Of a stretch of 64,000 nt of DNA, positions 1 through 31,160 are shown in pieces. Both the position numbers and the translations under genes were made by a program. The notes under the pieces are model-generated. The model saw only the letters and a program-made list of their open reading frames with translations. It was not told the DNA's origin and searched no databases. Position 1 is the first letter of the stretch. Each line of letters opens with the position of its first letter. This stretch comes from Tubiluchus corallicola (Eukaryota; Animalia; Priapulida), in assembly GCA_030141605.1 (NCBI GenBank), contig JAQGDQ010000244.1, positions 186,001 through 250,000 of the forward strand, written 5' to 3'.

Positions 1-320
1 GTTTATTCGGCAAATGCGTCCGCATTAAAAACGCCAGCTCGTATATAATCTAGCAAAAAACGATATTTTAATTATTTTTATACAGTTCACTATATACATA
101 TATATATATATATATTCCTATAAAGTTAAACTTGGTTTTGGTGGCGGTTCGGGTAATTGCAGTTCAGCAAATTATTCTTGCATCATAGGTTACTGCAATT
201 GCGGTACTAACCATTATTTCTCCCGAAACTAAATATGTACATTGGATTCTGTGTTTTAATTAATTGGGTTTGGTTAGAATAAATTTTTACTAAATTATTC
301 ATTTTCTAAAATTATTTCAG

Positions 321-11306
<10,986 letters not shown>

Positions 11307-12275
11307 TTCACTTTCAATCTATCAATATACTACTTTTAATAATATTTATTAGCAAAAAGTAAAGCTTTGTTGAGAGTGATAAATTCTGCTTGTTATTAGG
11401 GTGCACTAATAAGCCTGAAACGTTATTGTTATCCTGTTTTCTCTACGAGCCTTCCGAGAGAAACAAAACACAACATTTGCTCATGCTTCTTATTATCTAC
11501 ATACAAAATTTCCTGAGAACTACAACCCCCGTCTGTGCCGGCTCTAGGTAAGTCAACCTCTTCCCCACGGTTCCCACCACACGCAAAAATTAAATGTTTC
11601 TTGTATAATACTGTAATTAAGTATGTACAATGTTATCTGTGTGTTAGGCTTATACGTGTGTTAAGCCTAGCTTCTTACTTATGCTAGGGTTGATTTAAAT
11701 TGAATTCATGACGCCATTGTATGTACTAGGTCTTCAGGAGCAATTGCATTTCTGTCACTTTCGGCTGGGTTCCACCCAACCTTTTCATTAGAAGATTTTT
11801 GAAACCATAAACTTCTGTTTTTCACGTACACGTCGATTTCACTTGTTTCACCACAATCACAACTATGACTCTGTTTTAGTTGCAAACACTTCCTGATCGA
11901 TTCTTTTTGCTGTTCAACGTCCGCCAGTTTTTTTACCTTTCGTTTCCTGTATTTCTGTCATGAAGACGTCGATTCTTGTAGTTCATCTGCCATTATTAGG
12001 CAAATGCCAGACACAGAGTTTTTTCAGGAAACGGCATATAAAAATGATTATAGAATAAATGTTAAATAAAATTACATATTGTCAAGTATTGTAATAATCA
12101 TACCACACATATTCGTTGCATACCAGCATACATGTCATAAGGATATCATTTGGTTATACATTTGCTTTCACCTAGGAGTCAGAGGCTTACCACTTATTCA
12201 AGAAGTTAATATGTGTAATGTTTTCCTGTAAGGAATTTAAAGGCAAAAACTCAATTCATCATCGATAATCGTTAT

Positions 12276-12715
12276 CAGGGCCGGAACTAGATGTGGCGAG
12301 CAGGGGGGGGCGCAAAAATTTTCTGGGGGGGGGGGCGATGTATCCGAAGTGGTTAAATAATGGTTAAGCCAATTTTAACCCCTTTTATACTGCATGCAGG
12401 CCTATAATTAGCATGTGTGTAGGACGGCGTACCGGACAGAGCAATAATGAGAAAATTAACTCTCAGTTAACCTAACGTTATTAATGTGCCTCTAACTAAA
12501 TTGTTATTTACAGAAATTCATCACACACCAGTTTTAAGAAAATAATATACTGAAGCTACCAAACATTTTTTTTACCTAATTCTAATTCATATTGAAAATG
12601 ATTACATGCGAACTGCAATTTTCACTGCAAAAAAATTATTTGTCCGATTTTGCAGGGGTGGAGCGCAAATTTTGACAAGGGGGCGCACCCCTCGCTCCGC
12701 CTAGTTCCGCCCCTG
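12276..12715 (+). mobile_element. hAT-type MITE, family A, copy 1
   Basis: 15-bp TIRs cagggccggaactag / ctagttccgcccctg; 8-bp TSD atcgttat/atccttat (1 mismatch); highly similar inverted copy at 34256-34700. Confidence 0.88.
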
Positions 12716-12772
12716 ATCCTTATGACATAAGTTTAGTTTGTTGTATCCAGTTAGCATTAAGTCAGACCAGAT

Positions 12773-13050
12773 GGTTTAGTCTAGTGGTAATGCGTCTGCT
12801 TTCCGTCTGGGAGGTCGTGAGTTCGAACCAACGGCCGGGTCATACCAAGGACCATTAAAAATGGTATCTGCTTTTGCCCTGTCTGACGCGTGGTACTTAG
12901 GGTAAAAGTGGGGTAATAATAGTCTCTGTTATGTAGTTGTAGGTTGCTATTTACAGTCGGCGATAATAGCTCTTTGAGCTAATGTTAATTATTGACCAAC
13001 AAGCCGACTTTAAATAATAATAATAATAATTATTATTATTATTATTATTG
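12773..13050 (+). mobile_element. tRNA-derived SINE (Meta-domain-like), full-length copy
   Basis: Pol III A box (tagtctagtgg) and B box (gttcgaacc), then ggccgggtcataccaaggaccattaaaaatggta, which resembles the MetaSINE central domain as I recall it, and an (AAT)n tail. Further copies at 16477-16722 and 57724-57787. Confidence 0.85.
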
Positions 13051-16024
13051 TTATTAAGTGCTACAGGATTACATTACTTACTTACTGACAAAAATTCAAT
13101 TTTTAATAAAGATTAGTTATTGCTAGCTGTTGCCACTACTTAAAGAAAAGCAGGACAGTTTTCCATATTTTGCTCCGTTTTGAAGTACGGTAAAAAGTAT
13201 ACCTTTTAACATCTATAATAATGCTAAACTGTTTCTGATAGAGCATCATCCAGCAAGTGATGTTCAGCTAGAAGTGAACACAATCTTGTAATATTACAAA
13301 TATACCATGAGTGGGTTGTGCATGTTTACAGTGTTACTGTACAAAATGGAATGTGGCACAGAGAAACTGGGCAAATTTCAATTTAAAATTTTAAACTCCA
13401 AGCTTACCGTTGCTGTGTCATCACGTGATTTCAAAACAAGTGTAAAGAGCTAGATCTGAACTGAGAGGTACAACACCTATTTTTGTGCAATATATTTCTT
13501 GAGATGCTAGTCCATCTAACTAGCGAATAGCGAAATGTTCGTAACAGGGCGCAAACGTGAAACTAAACTTCCATGGCAATAATTCTTTCACGTATGTCAC
13601 TCTTAAAAACCAATTTCAGTCAAACGTATTCATATAGCCCACTTTGAGACCTGAAAAAAGATGGCGTTATAGCGAGTTTGGCGCTTTAAGTGCGTTAAAT
13701 TTTGCCATAGACAAATCACAAAACAGTCAGAGGAGTGTACACAGATTAGAGTTCTTAATTTTTGCTCTAAAGGCTAATGGATTTAAAATAAAAATATTTA
13801 ATTAATCATTTGTGAGTTAATTGCTCAAAATCAGTCATCTTCTGAAAACTTTTTTCTTACATAATAAACATGTCCTATACTCAATTACATATATAAAAGA
13901 CTGTAGGGCAACTGCTCTATTAAGCATGTCTGTATGTAAAAAAAAGGTTAAGTCATAGCTACGAATTTCTTGCTGGAATTTGCTTGAAAAATTTCTAATA
14001 CAATAAGTTTATTGATGATGATGTTCGTCCTTCGAATCGAAGATGACCATAGTGACAGGGATAAAAGGGCAGTTTCCGTTATTACTATGTGCCAGGAGAT
14101 CCTGCATTTATTGTGATTATACAATGTATGGTAAGGCTTGCAAGCAATCAAAACGTGATGTCATGCATATTATTATAGAACACATGACGTCTAGCCAGTG
14201 TCTACGACCCTCATAAGTGGGTATCAATCAATCAATCAATTTATTTCACTCCAGCAATACATATACAATACATCAACATACAATATTATTGAGACTAAAA
14301 GAAACAGTGTAGGTAAAAAAACGTTGATGAAGTCAATTAGCCAAATAAAAAAGTTGCTGTATGACACCTTGAAGGCTTGGCTTGTTAAGGTGACACAAAT
14401 GAGTGAATGAAATAATGGTTAGGGTTAGAGGACAAAATGAAATGGAAAAAATAGTAAGATTAGGATAGACGAAGGAAAAGAACCGACCATACATTGCGAT
14501 TGCATGAGACATGGAAGCATTAAAATTGTATTATAAGTATTGAGTCAAAAATGGTCCTTTTCAAGTACTTTTTGAAACTATAAATAGTTTTGCGTATTTT
14601 TACTTCGGCACTTATTTTATTCCAGTTATTGGGGGCTGTGAATTTAATAAAGTGAATTTAATCATGTCAAGAAGTCGCTGGCCTTAGTTGAGAAACTTGA
14701 GACTGCTATCGGTATTTCCCCACTGAATACATTAATTTGCCTGGCAGATGGCGGGTAAAGGATGGCGATATAACAGGTTATTTTCATAGAGTGTGAAAGT
14801 TAGTTATGAAGTTGAACACTTGTAGAAAACAACTAAACACCAGATTACATGTTTGCACAAAAACTGAAACACTTTTATTACACTACATAGTTATATATAA
14901 CATGACTGCTAAACTACACTGAGGACCAGAGTGTCCTGCACTGATCACGACTGCACGTCACTGAGAGCGTGACAGAGAGACAGTGGCTAGAAGTGAAATC
15001 CAGCCAGTATATATAGGTAGAGAACTATGCAAAAACTTGGCTTCACATATCTCATCACAGTAAAAATAGGGGAGATCCAGTGTGTTTGCATGTTCACTGG
15101 ACCGAGCAATTGTACTAAGGGTGAGTTTAACTAGTAAAATGTTAAAGTGACTAATCAATAGATGGCAGCACCTAAATATACAGTTACAACTTTCACATAG
15201 AGGGTTGAATACAGCATTTTATTCCCCGCCATTTGCAAGGCGGCAAATGAGTTTGGCGGCATAACGACGTTTGACTGTATGTGTCACGGATTCCCGTGAT
15301 TGAGTTCTACTCTGCTACTAGACCTTTCATTTACAGCATTGCAAACTAGTTTATTCCAGTTTCTATAACCTTTGCAAATTTACCTAGAGTCATTCAATTA
15401 GGTTAACCTTGAATTATTTATACAGGCTTCATTCTAAAGCTATAAATTCCTTCGTCACCCTTGTACAGGTGACCATTTGACGCTTGCTTTTCCTACAAGC
15501 AAACGTCATATGATCGGCCTAATTCGTTAGGTTATTTTTTTCCTTTCTCCAATAGTTTTTTTATGGTTATGTGCTGATGTGTATCTATAATTAGGTTTAC
15601 TGCTGTGATAAAAAGTAACAATGTAATGCGCCAAATCTTGTGAGTTGAATAAATTATATATTAAAAGTCAAAATTTAATCTAAATTATATATTTCAATAG
15701 CAGCAAACCATTTTAATTATCAACTCGTAAACTTGAGCGTTATGCACCTTTTTCTATAAAAACAAATTAGACTATATACACTCCCACGTATTTGTTTAAT
15801 TCTAATCAACAAATTAAGAACCAGGCCGATGTCTCTCCCACAAACTTATGAAAAAATGAGCATTTTTCACAGTATGCTCTGTTTCAACCTTTTTCATTTA
15901 AATTAAATTGAGCTAATAGTTTAAAAATGGACCCTGTTCCCTTTTAACCCTCTGTACATAGTGATAGCACTCAAATTTAGAAAATAGCAAAATACGTTTC
16001 TATAACCTAAACTATAAACATATA

Positions 16025-16168
16025 TCAAGAATTCTTTTCGTGTATTTTTCTTGAGCCCTTTGCCTCTGCATCAATCAAGATGAGTGCAGTACCAACCAAA
16101 ATAAGTGAAGCCCCAACAGCCCACAAGAAGCTCAATGGCTCGTTGAAGATTAACCATCCAAAAGCCAC
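16025..16168 (-). CDS. TMEM42: Terminal exon of a TMEM42-like (EamA/DMT-fold) membrane protein; upstream exons not located
   Basis: Acceptor ttcttcgcttcag followed by VAFGWLIFNEPLSFLWAVGASLILVGTALILIDAEAKGSRKIHEKNS*, matching the TMEM42 C-terminal pattern G-x-L-x-x-x-E-x4-W-x-x-G-x-x-LI-x-x-G. Confidence 0.72.
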   Translation of the reverse strand: MAFGWLIFNEPLSFLWAVGASLILVGTALILIDAEAKGSRKIHEKNS

Positions 16169-16302
16169 CTGAAGCGAAGAAAATACTGTCAATTTTATCG
16201 TTACATACATTTTAAAAATAATGGAATTACGTAACGGTAACGTACCTGTTACCATATTGTGATTAAAGGCAACAATATTTTCTAAGTGTATACCTGCAGA
16301 GG

Positions 16303-16303
<1 letters not shown>

Positions 16304-16340
<37 letters not shown>

Positions 16341-16722
16341 GTAATAGTAATAGTAATAGTAATAGTAGCAGTAGCAGTAGCAGTAGCAATAGCAATAATA
16401 GTAATAGTAGTTAGTAATAGTAATAACAGTAATAATAGTAATAATAATAATAATAATCATCATCATCATCATCATCTTTATTTAAAGTCGGCCTTTGGGT
16501 CAACAATTAACATTAGCTCAAAGAGCTATTATCGCCGACTGTAAATAACAACCTGCAACTACATAACAGAGACTATTATTATCCCACTTTTACCCTAAAT
16601 ACCATGCGTCAGGCAGGGCAACAGCAGATACCATTTTTAAAGTCTTTGGTATGACCCGGCCGTTGGTTCGAACTCACGACCTCCCAGACGGAAAGCAGAC
16701 GCATTACCACTAGACTGAACCG
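16304..16722 (-). mobile_element. tRNA-derived SINE copy 2 (16477-16722) with an expanded compound trinucleotide tail (16304-16476)
   Basis: Reverse complement of the 12773 SINE; the tail continues into (GAT)n(TAT)n(TAC)n(TGC)n repeats. Confidence 0.88.
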
Positions 16723-16944
16723 AAACAGCTAAATCAGTCACATTACTAGAAAATGTGGCATAACTGAATCGACACACAATACACACCCAGCAACCATGAA
16801 GTGCACAAAGTTTTTGTACAAAATACTATACAGCGCATCAAAATCAGGTAAAAATGTGATGCTATTACTGAGTACCACGCATTCCTGTCCAGTGTTCCCA
16901 CCTTGCAACATCCTTAAAATCTAAAGTTGTCTATTTTAATCTTA

Positions 16945-17228
16945 AGTGTGCCATTTTTCCCTATTTTTCATTTTTTCATGTGACATTTTTGCGGTGACAT
17001 TTTTCCTATGCCATTTTTTCTGTGCCATTTTTACCTGTTCCATTTTTAGCTGCTTTTCCATTTGTGCCATTTTTTCTGTGCCATTTTTACCTGTTCCATT
17101 TTTAGCTACTTTTCCGTTTGTGCCACTTTTTCCGATATTTTTTCTCATATTTTTCCTGTGCCATTTTTACTATGCCATTTTTCCTGTGCCATTTTCCTGC
17201 GCCATTTTCCCCGTGCCATTTTACCTAC
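16945..17228. repeat. Degenerate ~14-16-bp tandem array, core tgtgccatttttcc
   Basis: Repeated tgccattttt units read directly; a related tgtaccaaattttcc-type array lies at ~38750-39080. Confidence 0.85.
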
Positions 17229-17383
17229 CTTCATTATTTTTCTTAGCTCCAAACAAGACATCATCATTATTATCATTTTACTTTTAAACGGTAAACTAAA
17301 ACTACGCACAGCGTTTTCATTAAGTATGATTCTACATTGCATTCGTGTTCAATAATAATTATATTAATGTTAAAGCGTACTGT

Positions 17384-18025
17384 ACTGGAAATCTCGCATT
17401 AGCGTACTTAAGCAGCGTTCGCTTGTTGTCGGCTTTGGTCACATTGTGGCGATTTTTGGCCTAATCACGTGATCAATTTGATCTGGGTCAGAGGCCTACT
17501 GTGAAGTGAAGACGTGTCATGACAACAGTTGGGCTTGCCCGCCGTTAATTATGTTTTTAATCTATTCTTTAGTTATCAGAAACGCTTTTGCAGTATTACT
17601 TGTACTAAACGTATACTTTTTATCGGACTTAAAAATGGGGTAGTGTGTGAAAAATCATCCTGTCATATAATGATTTATCTCGCATCGCTCTGTTGCTGGA
17701 GCTTGTGAATTCATACAGAAGTCATTAAGTACTTAATAATTTTACTCTGATCATGAATATACATAATGAATATATGCTAATAGGTTAATGGTCGATCTGC
17801 CTGGATGTTCTGAAGAGGGACTGTAGATCATGGCTTACCTTTGAAGTTACCGGAGCGATTAATTGTGTAGAATAAGAAACTTTACTGACTGGTAATCTTG
17901 CATTGGCGTGCTTGGCGACCTTCGCTTGTTGTCGGCTTTGGTCACATTGTGGCAATTTTTGGCCTAATCACGTGATCAATTTGATCTGGGTCAGAGGCCT
18001 ACTGTGAAGTGAAGACGTGTCATGA
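17384..18025. repeat. Pair of ~140-bp direct repeats (17384-17522 and 17888-18025)
   Basis: ttcgcttgttgtcggctttggtcacattgtggc...gaagacgtgtcatga is present twice, nearly identical over ~105 bp. Confidence 0.85.
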
Positions 18026-18366
18026 TGGGTTAATATGATATTGTCGTTATCTGTTTACAATTGCTCATGATTTGGGGCTAATAACGTATCTATATCCCCA
18101 AATTACTTTAAAAAACTTAAATTTAGTTCAAGTAACAGCTAGGTTGTTATTTTTTATTTGTTTATTTGTTATTCTTTGGCACTAATTTCTTATTATGTTT
18201 GGTTGGAATGACATGTTTTGGAGAATAAAGAGCAAAGAAAGAGCAAAATTTAATCGAGGCTTCGAATTTCTATTTGGTTTTGAAAGCCCAAACACGTATA
18301 AATTATTCAACATTTGCAATAACAATAATACACATACGTTATAATGTAATATACTGCACAGTTTCG

Positions 18367-19052
18367 TTACGCACAGTAATAATCTAGTTATCTTTGTCTG
18401 CATGACTACTGGGCGCAGTTGCTATGGAAACAAAAGCAGTAATGAAAATAACTACATTGAGTTATGCACCATAATAAATCTTGTTATCTTTTTCTGCATG
18501 ACTACTGGGCGCAGTTGCTATTGACTACTGGGCGCAGTTGCTATGACAGGATTTTCCTAGAATATGAAACAAAAGCAGTAATGATAATAATATAATAATA
18601 TAACTACATTGAGTTATGCACAGTAATAAATCTTATCTTTTTCTGCATGACTACTGGGCGCAGTTGCTATTGACCACTGAGCGCAGTTGCTATGACAGGA
18701 TTTTTCTAGAATATGAAACAAAAGCAGTAATGATAATAATATAATAATATAACTACATTGAGTTATGCACAGTAATAAATCTTGTTATCTTTTTCTGCAT
18801 GACTACTGGGCGCAGTTGCTATTGACTACTGGGCGCAGTTGCTATTGACTACTGAGCGCAGTTGCTATGACAGGATTTTCCTAGAATATGAAACAAAAGC
18901 AGTAATGATAATAATATAATAATATAACTACATTGAGTTATGCACAGTAATAAATCTTGTTATCTTTTTCTGCATGACTACTGGGCGCAGTTGCTATGAC
19001 AGGTTTTCCTAGAAAATGAAACAAAAGCAGTAATGATAATAACTACATTGAG
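18367..19052. repeat. Nested minisatellite: 5 units, each carrying 1-3 copies of a 23-bp subrepeat
   Basis: Units start at ~18367, 18461, 18613, 18762 and 18937. The subrepeat tgactactgggcgcagttgctat occurs 1, 2, 2, 3 and 1 times respectively. Confidence 0.92.
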
Positions 19053-19357
19053 TCAAACGCAATTACTGAAAATTGTTGTAAGACACTGTAGTTTAAAATA
19101 ATAACGAGTAAGACTTCTACAATTAGTGTTGTTTACACGTTCGGAAGTGCGTTGTTTATTTTTTGCAGAGGACGGGTAAGTTTGATTTTTGTAATTAATG
19201 TCGTTTATTACACAGTGATGACATAAACTCGAAGTGTTTATATTAATTACATAATAAAACATCTCACAACATAGTAATAAAAAAGCGCACAATACGATAT
19301 TTATTAATTAAGACTTTTGACTTCTGTCATAGCACTAACACACTTGGGTTGTTTCAG

Positions 19358-28825
<9,468 letters not shown>

Positions 28826-28999
28826 TTTTTTCTTTTATTTCGTCTTATGACATCTGACCTTATAGTATGCGTAATTCTAGATGTTGAACAGACTAAGCCT
28901 TTTTGGTTGTTCGTGTGTCAACTCTTTGCATGGGTTAAAAGTTGCGCTTCATATTGTTTTGAACATATTGTTAATTAAGACAACAGTATATTCACATGC

Positions 29000-29373
29000 A
29001 TTTATACATATACATACATACATATATATAATATACATATATTACATATAATATATATACATACATACAGCTTGTATATATATATATGTAATAATGCTTG
29101 TAATAATATATGTAATAATATATATTTTTTTACAATAGCTTATAATAGCTATTTTACATCCGCTTGCTTGCTGTATTGCTGTATATATATATATATATAT
29201 GTAATAATGCATGTAAGAATATATGTAATAATATGTAATATTAATAATATGTAATAATATATATTTTTTAAAATAGCTTATAATAGCTATTCTACATCCG
29301 CTTGCTTGCTGTATTTCTCTCTCTATATATATGTGTGTGTGTGTGTGTGTGTGCGCGCGTGCGTGCGTGTGTG

Positions 29374-29412
<39 letters not shown>

Positions 29413-29535
29413 GTAATATATCATGTAATAATATATGTAATAATACGTAATATTAATAATATGTAATAATATATCTATTTTTAAAATAATTTATAATAGC
29501 TATCTTACATTTGCTTGCTTGCTTGCTGTATTTCT
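29000..29535. repeat. TA-rich imperfect tandem repeat (3 units) with an embedded (TG)n microsatellite
   Basis: tataatagctat..tacat..gcttgcttgc occurs three times; (TG)n at ~29333-29412. Confidence 0.8.
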
Positions 29536-31160
29536 TTACGTATTTATCGATGGAATTTCTAGCAAAAATATATAAATATTAACACGCGATTAACATATAT
29601 TATAACAATGGGAAACTTAGTACCTAAAGCTTTTGATAATAATTTGATAATCTAAACGTTTTGATAATAATGAAAACTTGGTAATGATAATAATAAAACA
29701 TAAGCAATAAACAACTAGGTAATTTGTTAAATCCAAACTGTCTGGTATCGGCAAGGCGTATCACGTTTACCTGTACAAAAGTATCAAAACTACCTTGTCT
29801 TGCTGAGAATTTTCATCTTCTATAATTCTAGCTGAGGTAACAGGAGTACGTGTGACAGATTTTCGTATTGTTTTAACGTGTGAATTTCGTTACTGTCTCG
29901 TAGTAGGTAAGTACACTAGTCGGAACAACGAGCCTTGGACTGTCAGAGTTACGTAATTATAGTGATAAGGTTGTGTACCATAATTATGGTCAATAATGAG
30001 CTTAGATGCGTCTGGTATCTACTCAAATGCATTTAAATAAATTTGTTTTCACGTTATCTTGTCTTGTCTTTGCATGGTTTTGTTGCTTAAAAATAGTTCA
30101 TTATATACAGTTACCTGTGTTATAACATATGATGTATTTCCAAAATTTTAGCGCATATGGCTGTGAAATGCTCCTTGTTGCTTAGTAGGTGTTTTGTGAA
30201 GTGCGCTTGTGAAACTGGCTTAACTGTTAGACGTGCAGAATATAGTACAATTAGCGAGAAACAGTATTGCAATTGACTTGGCCGAAAGTAAGTATTAAAC
30301 CCTGGACGTTCAGAAGCCATTCACAGTCGGGTTATATTCGGAGTGGTTAGCTTCAAGTGTGAAGTATATGCACCTACCACTTAGTTATTCACGCACTCAA
30401 ACTGCAACTAGTACTATTGTCGCTTATTGTACCGAGTACGCGATTGTAGTATTATGTGACCCATTTAATTGTCAGTCTACTACACTAAAGTACTGGATTA
30501 GTCTATGCTGCCATCTACAGTCGTTGTTTTACTCTAATTGTACAAAGTTTGTCAAAGATTGATTTTTGTTTCTAAATATTGTTTCCGTTTGCTTTTATAG
30601 ATATTAATTAATCAGAGTAATTAGATTGTTAATTTCATGCTTTAATTCTGGTTCTAACTCTCTTATTCAAGTTTAAATAGAGAAAAATTATAACACAGCT
30701 TTCTGTAAACCAATAATGTTTATTCTGCTATCAAAGAAGCCAAGTAGACTTTGATTTTGGTTTACCTAGCAGTCTGTAGAGTATAGGTGACCTTTCCGTT
30801 TATGGTCTGTATGCACGAATGTGATGTACCTTCCAATAGGAACTTGAATCTCTGGTCATGTGATTACAGCTCTATTCTCTCAGGCATGCAAGTTTCAGTT
30901 GATCTATAGACAGCATTGAGAAAGGATGCAAATTTTCTACTGTTAAAGTAATGTTGAAGAATACAAAATTTCTACAGTATCATATTGCTAACTTTTATGA
31001 CTGTTTGTTCAATTTTGTTACTGAAGTGAACAGTGTATACGTTTTACAATAAAATGATTGCAAATTTTTACAGCTATGCTGTTATTATCATTAAGTGCTA
31101 GTATTGGTTTGTCACTGAATACATCATTGTTGTTATAGTCACTGCTATTGTTATTGATAG

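Noticed and set aside
12773-12845. Possible tRNA gene (also 16650-16722 and a B-box at ~60190)
   Set aside because: The A/B boxes continue into a shared SINE body and tail in multiple copies; no complete cloverleaf or terminator is evident.
16246-16293. 48-nt AG/GT-bounded candidate penultimate exon for the TMEM42-like gene (minus strand)
   Set aside because: It contains stop codons in the required frame and has no TMEM42 similarity.
18367-19052. CRISPR-like appearance of this and the other arrays (49255, 58282, 59290)
   Set aside because: The sequences between repeats are themselves repeated rather than unique spacers; there are no cas genes and the context is eukaryotic.
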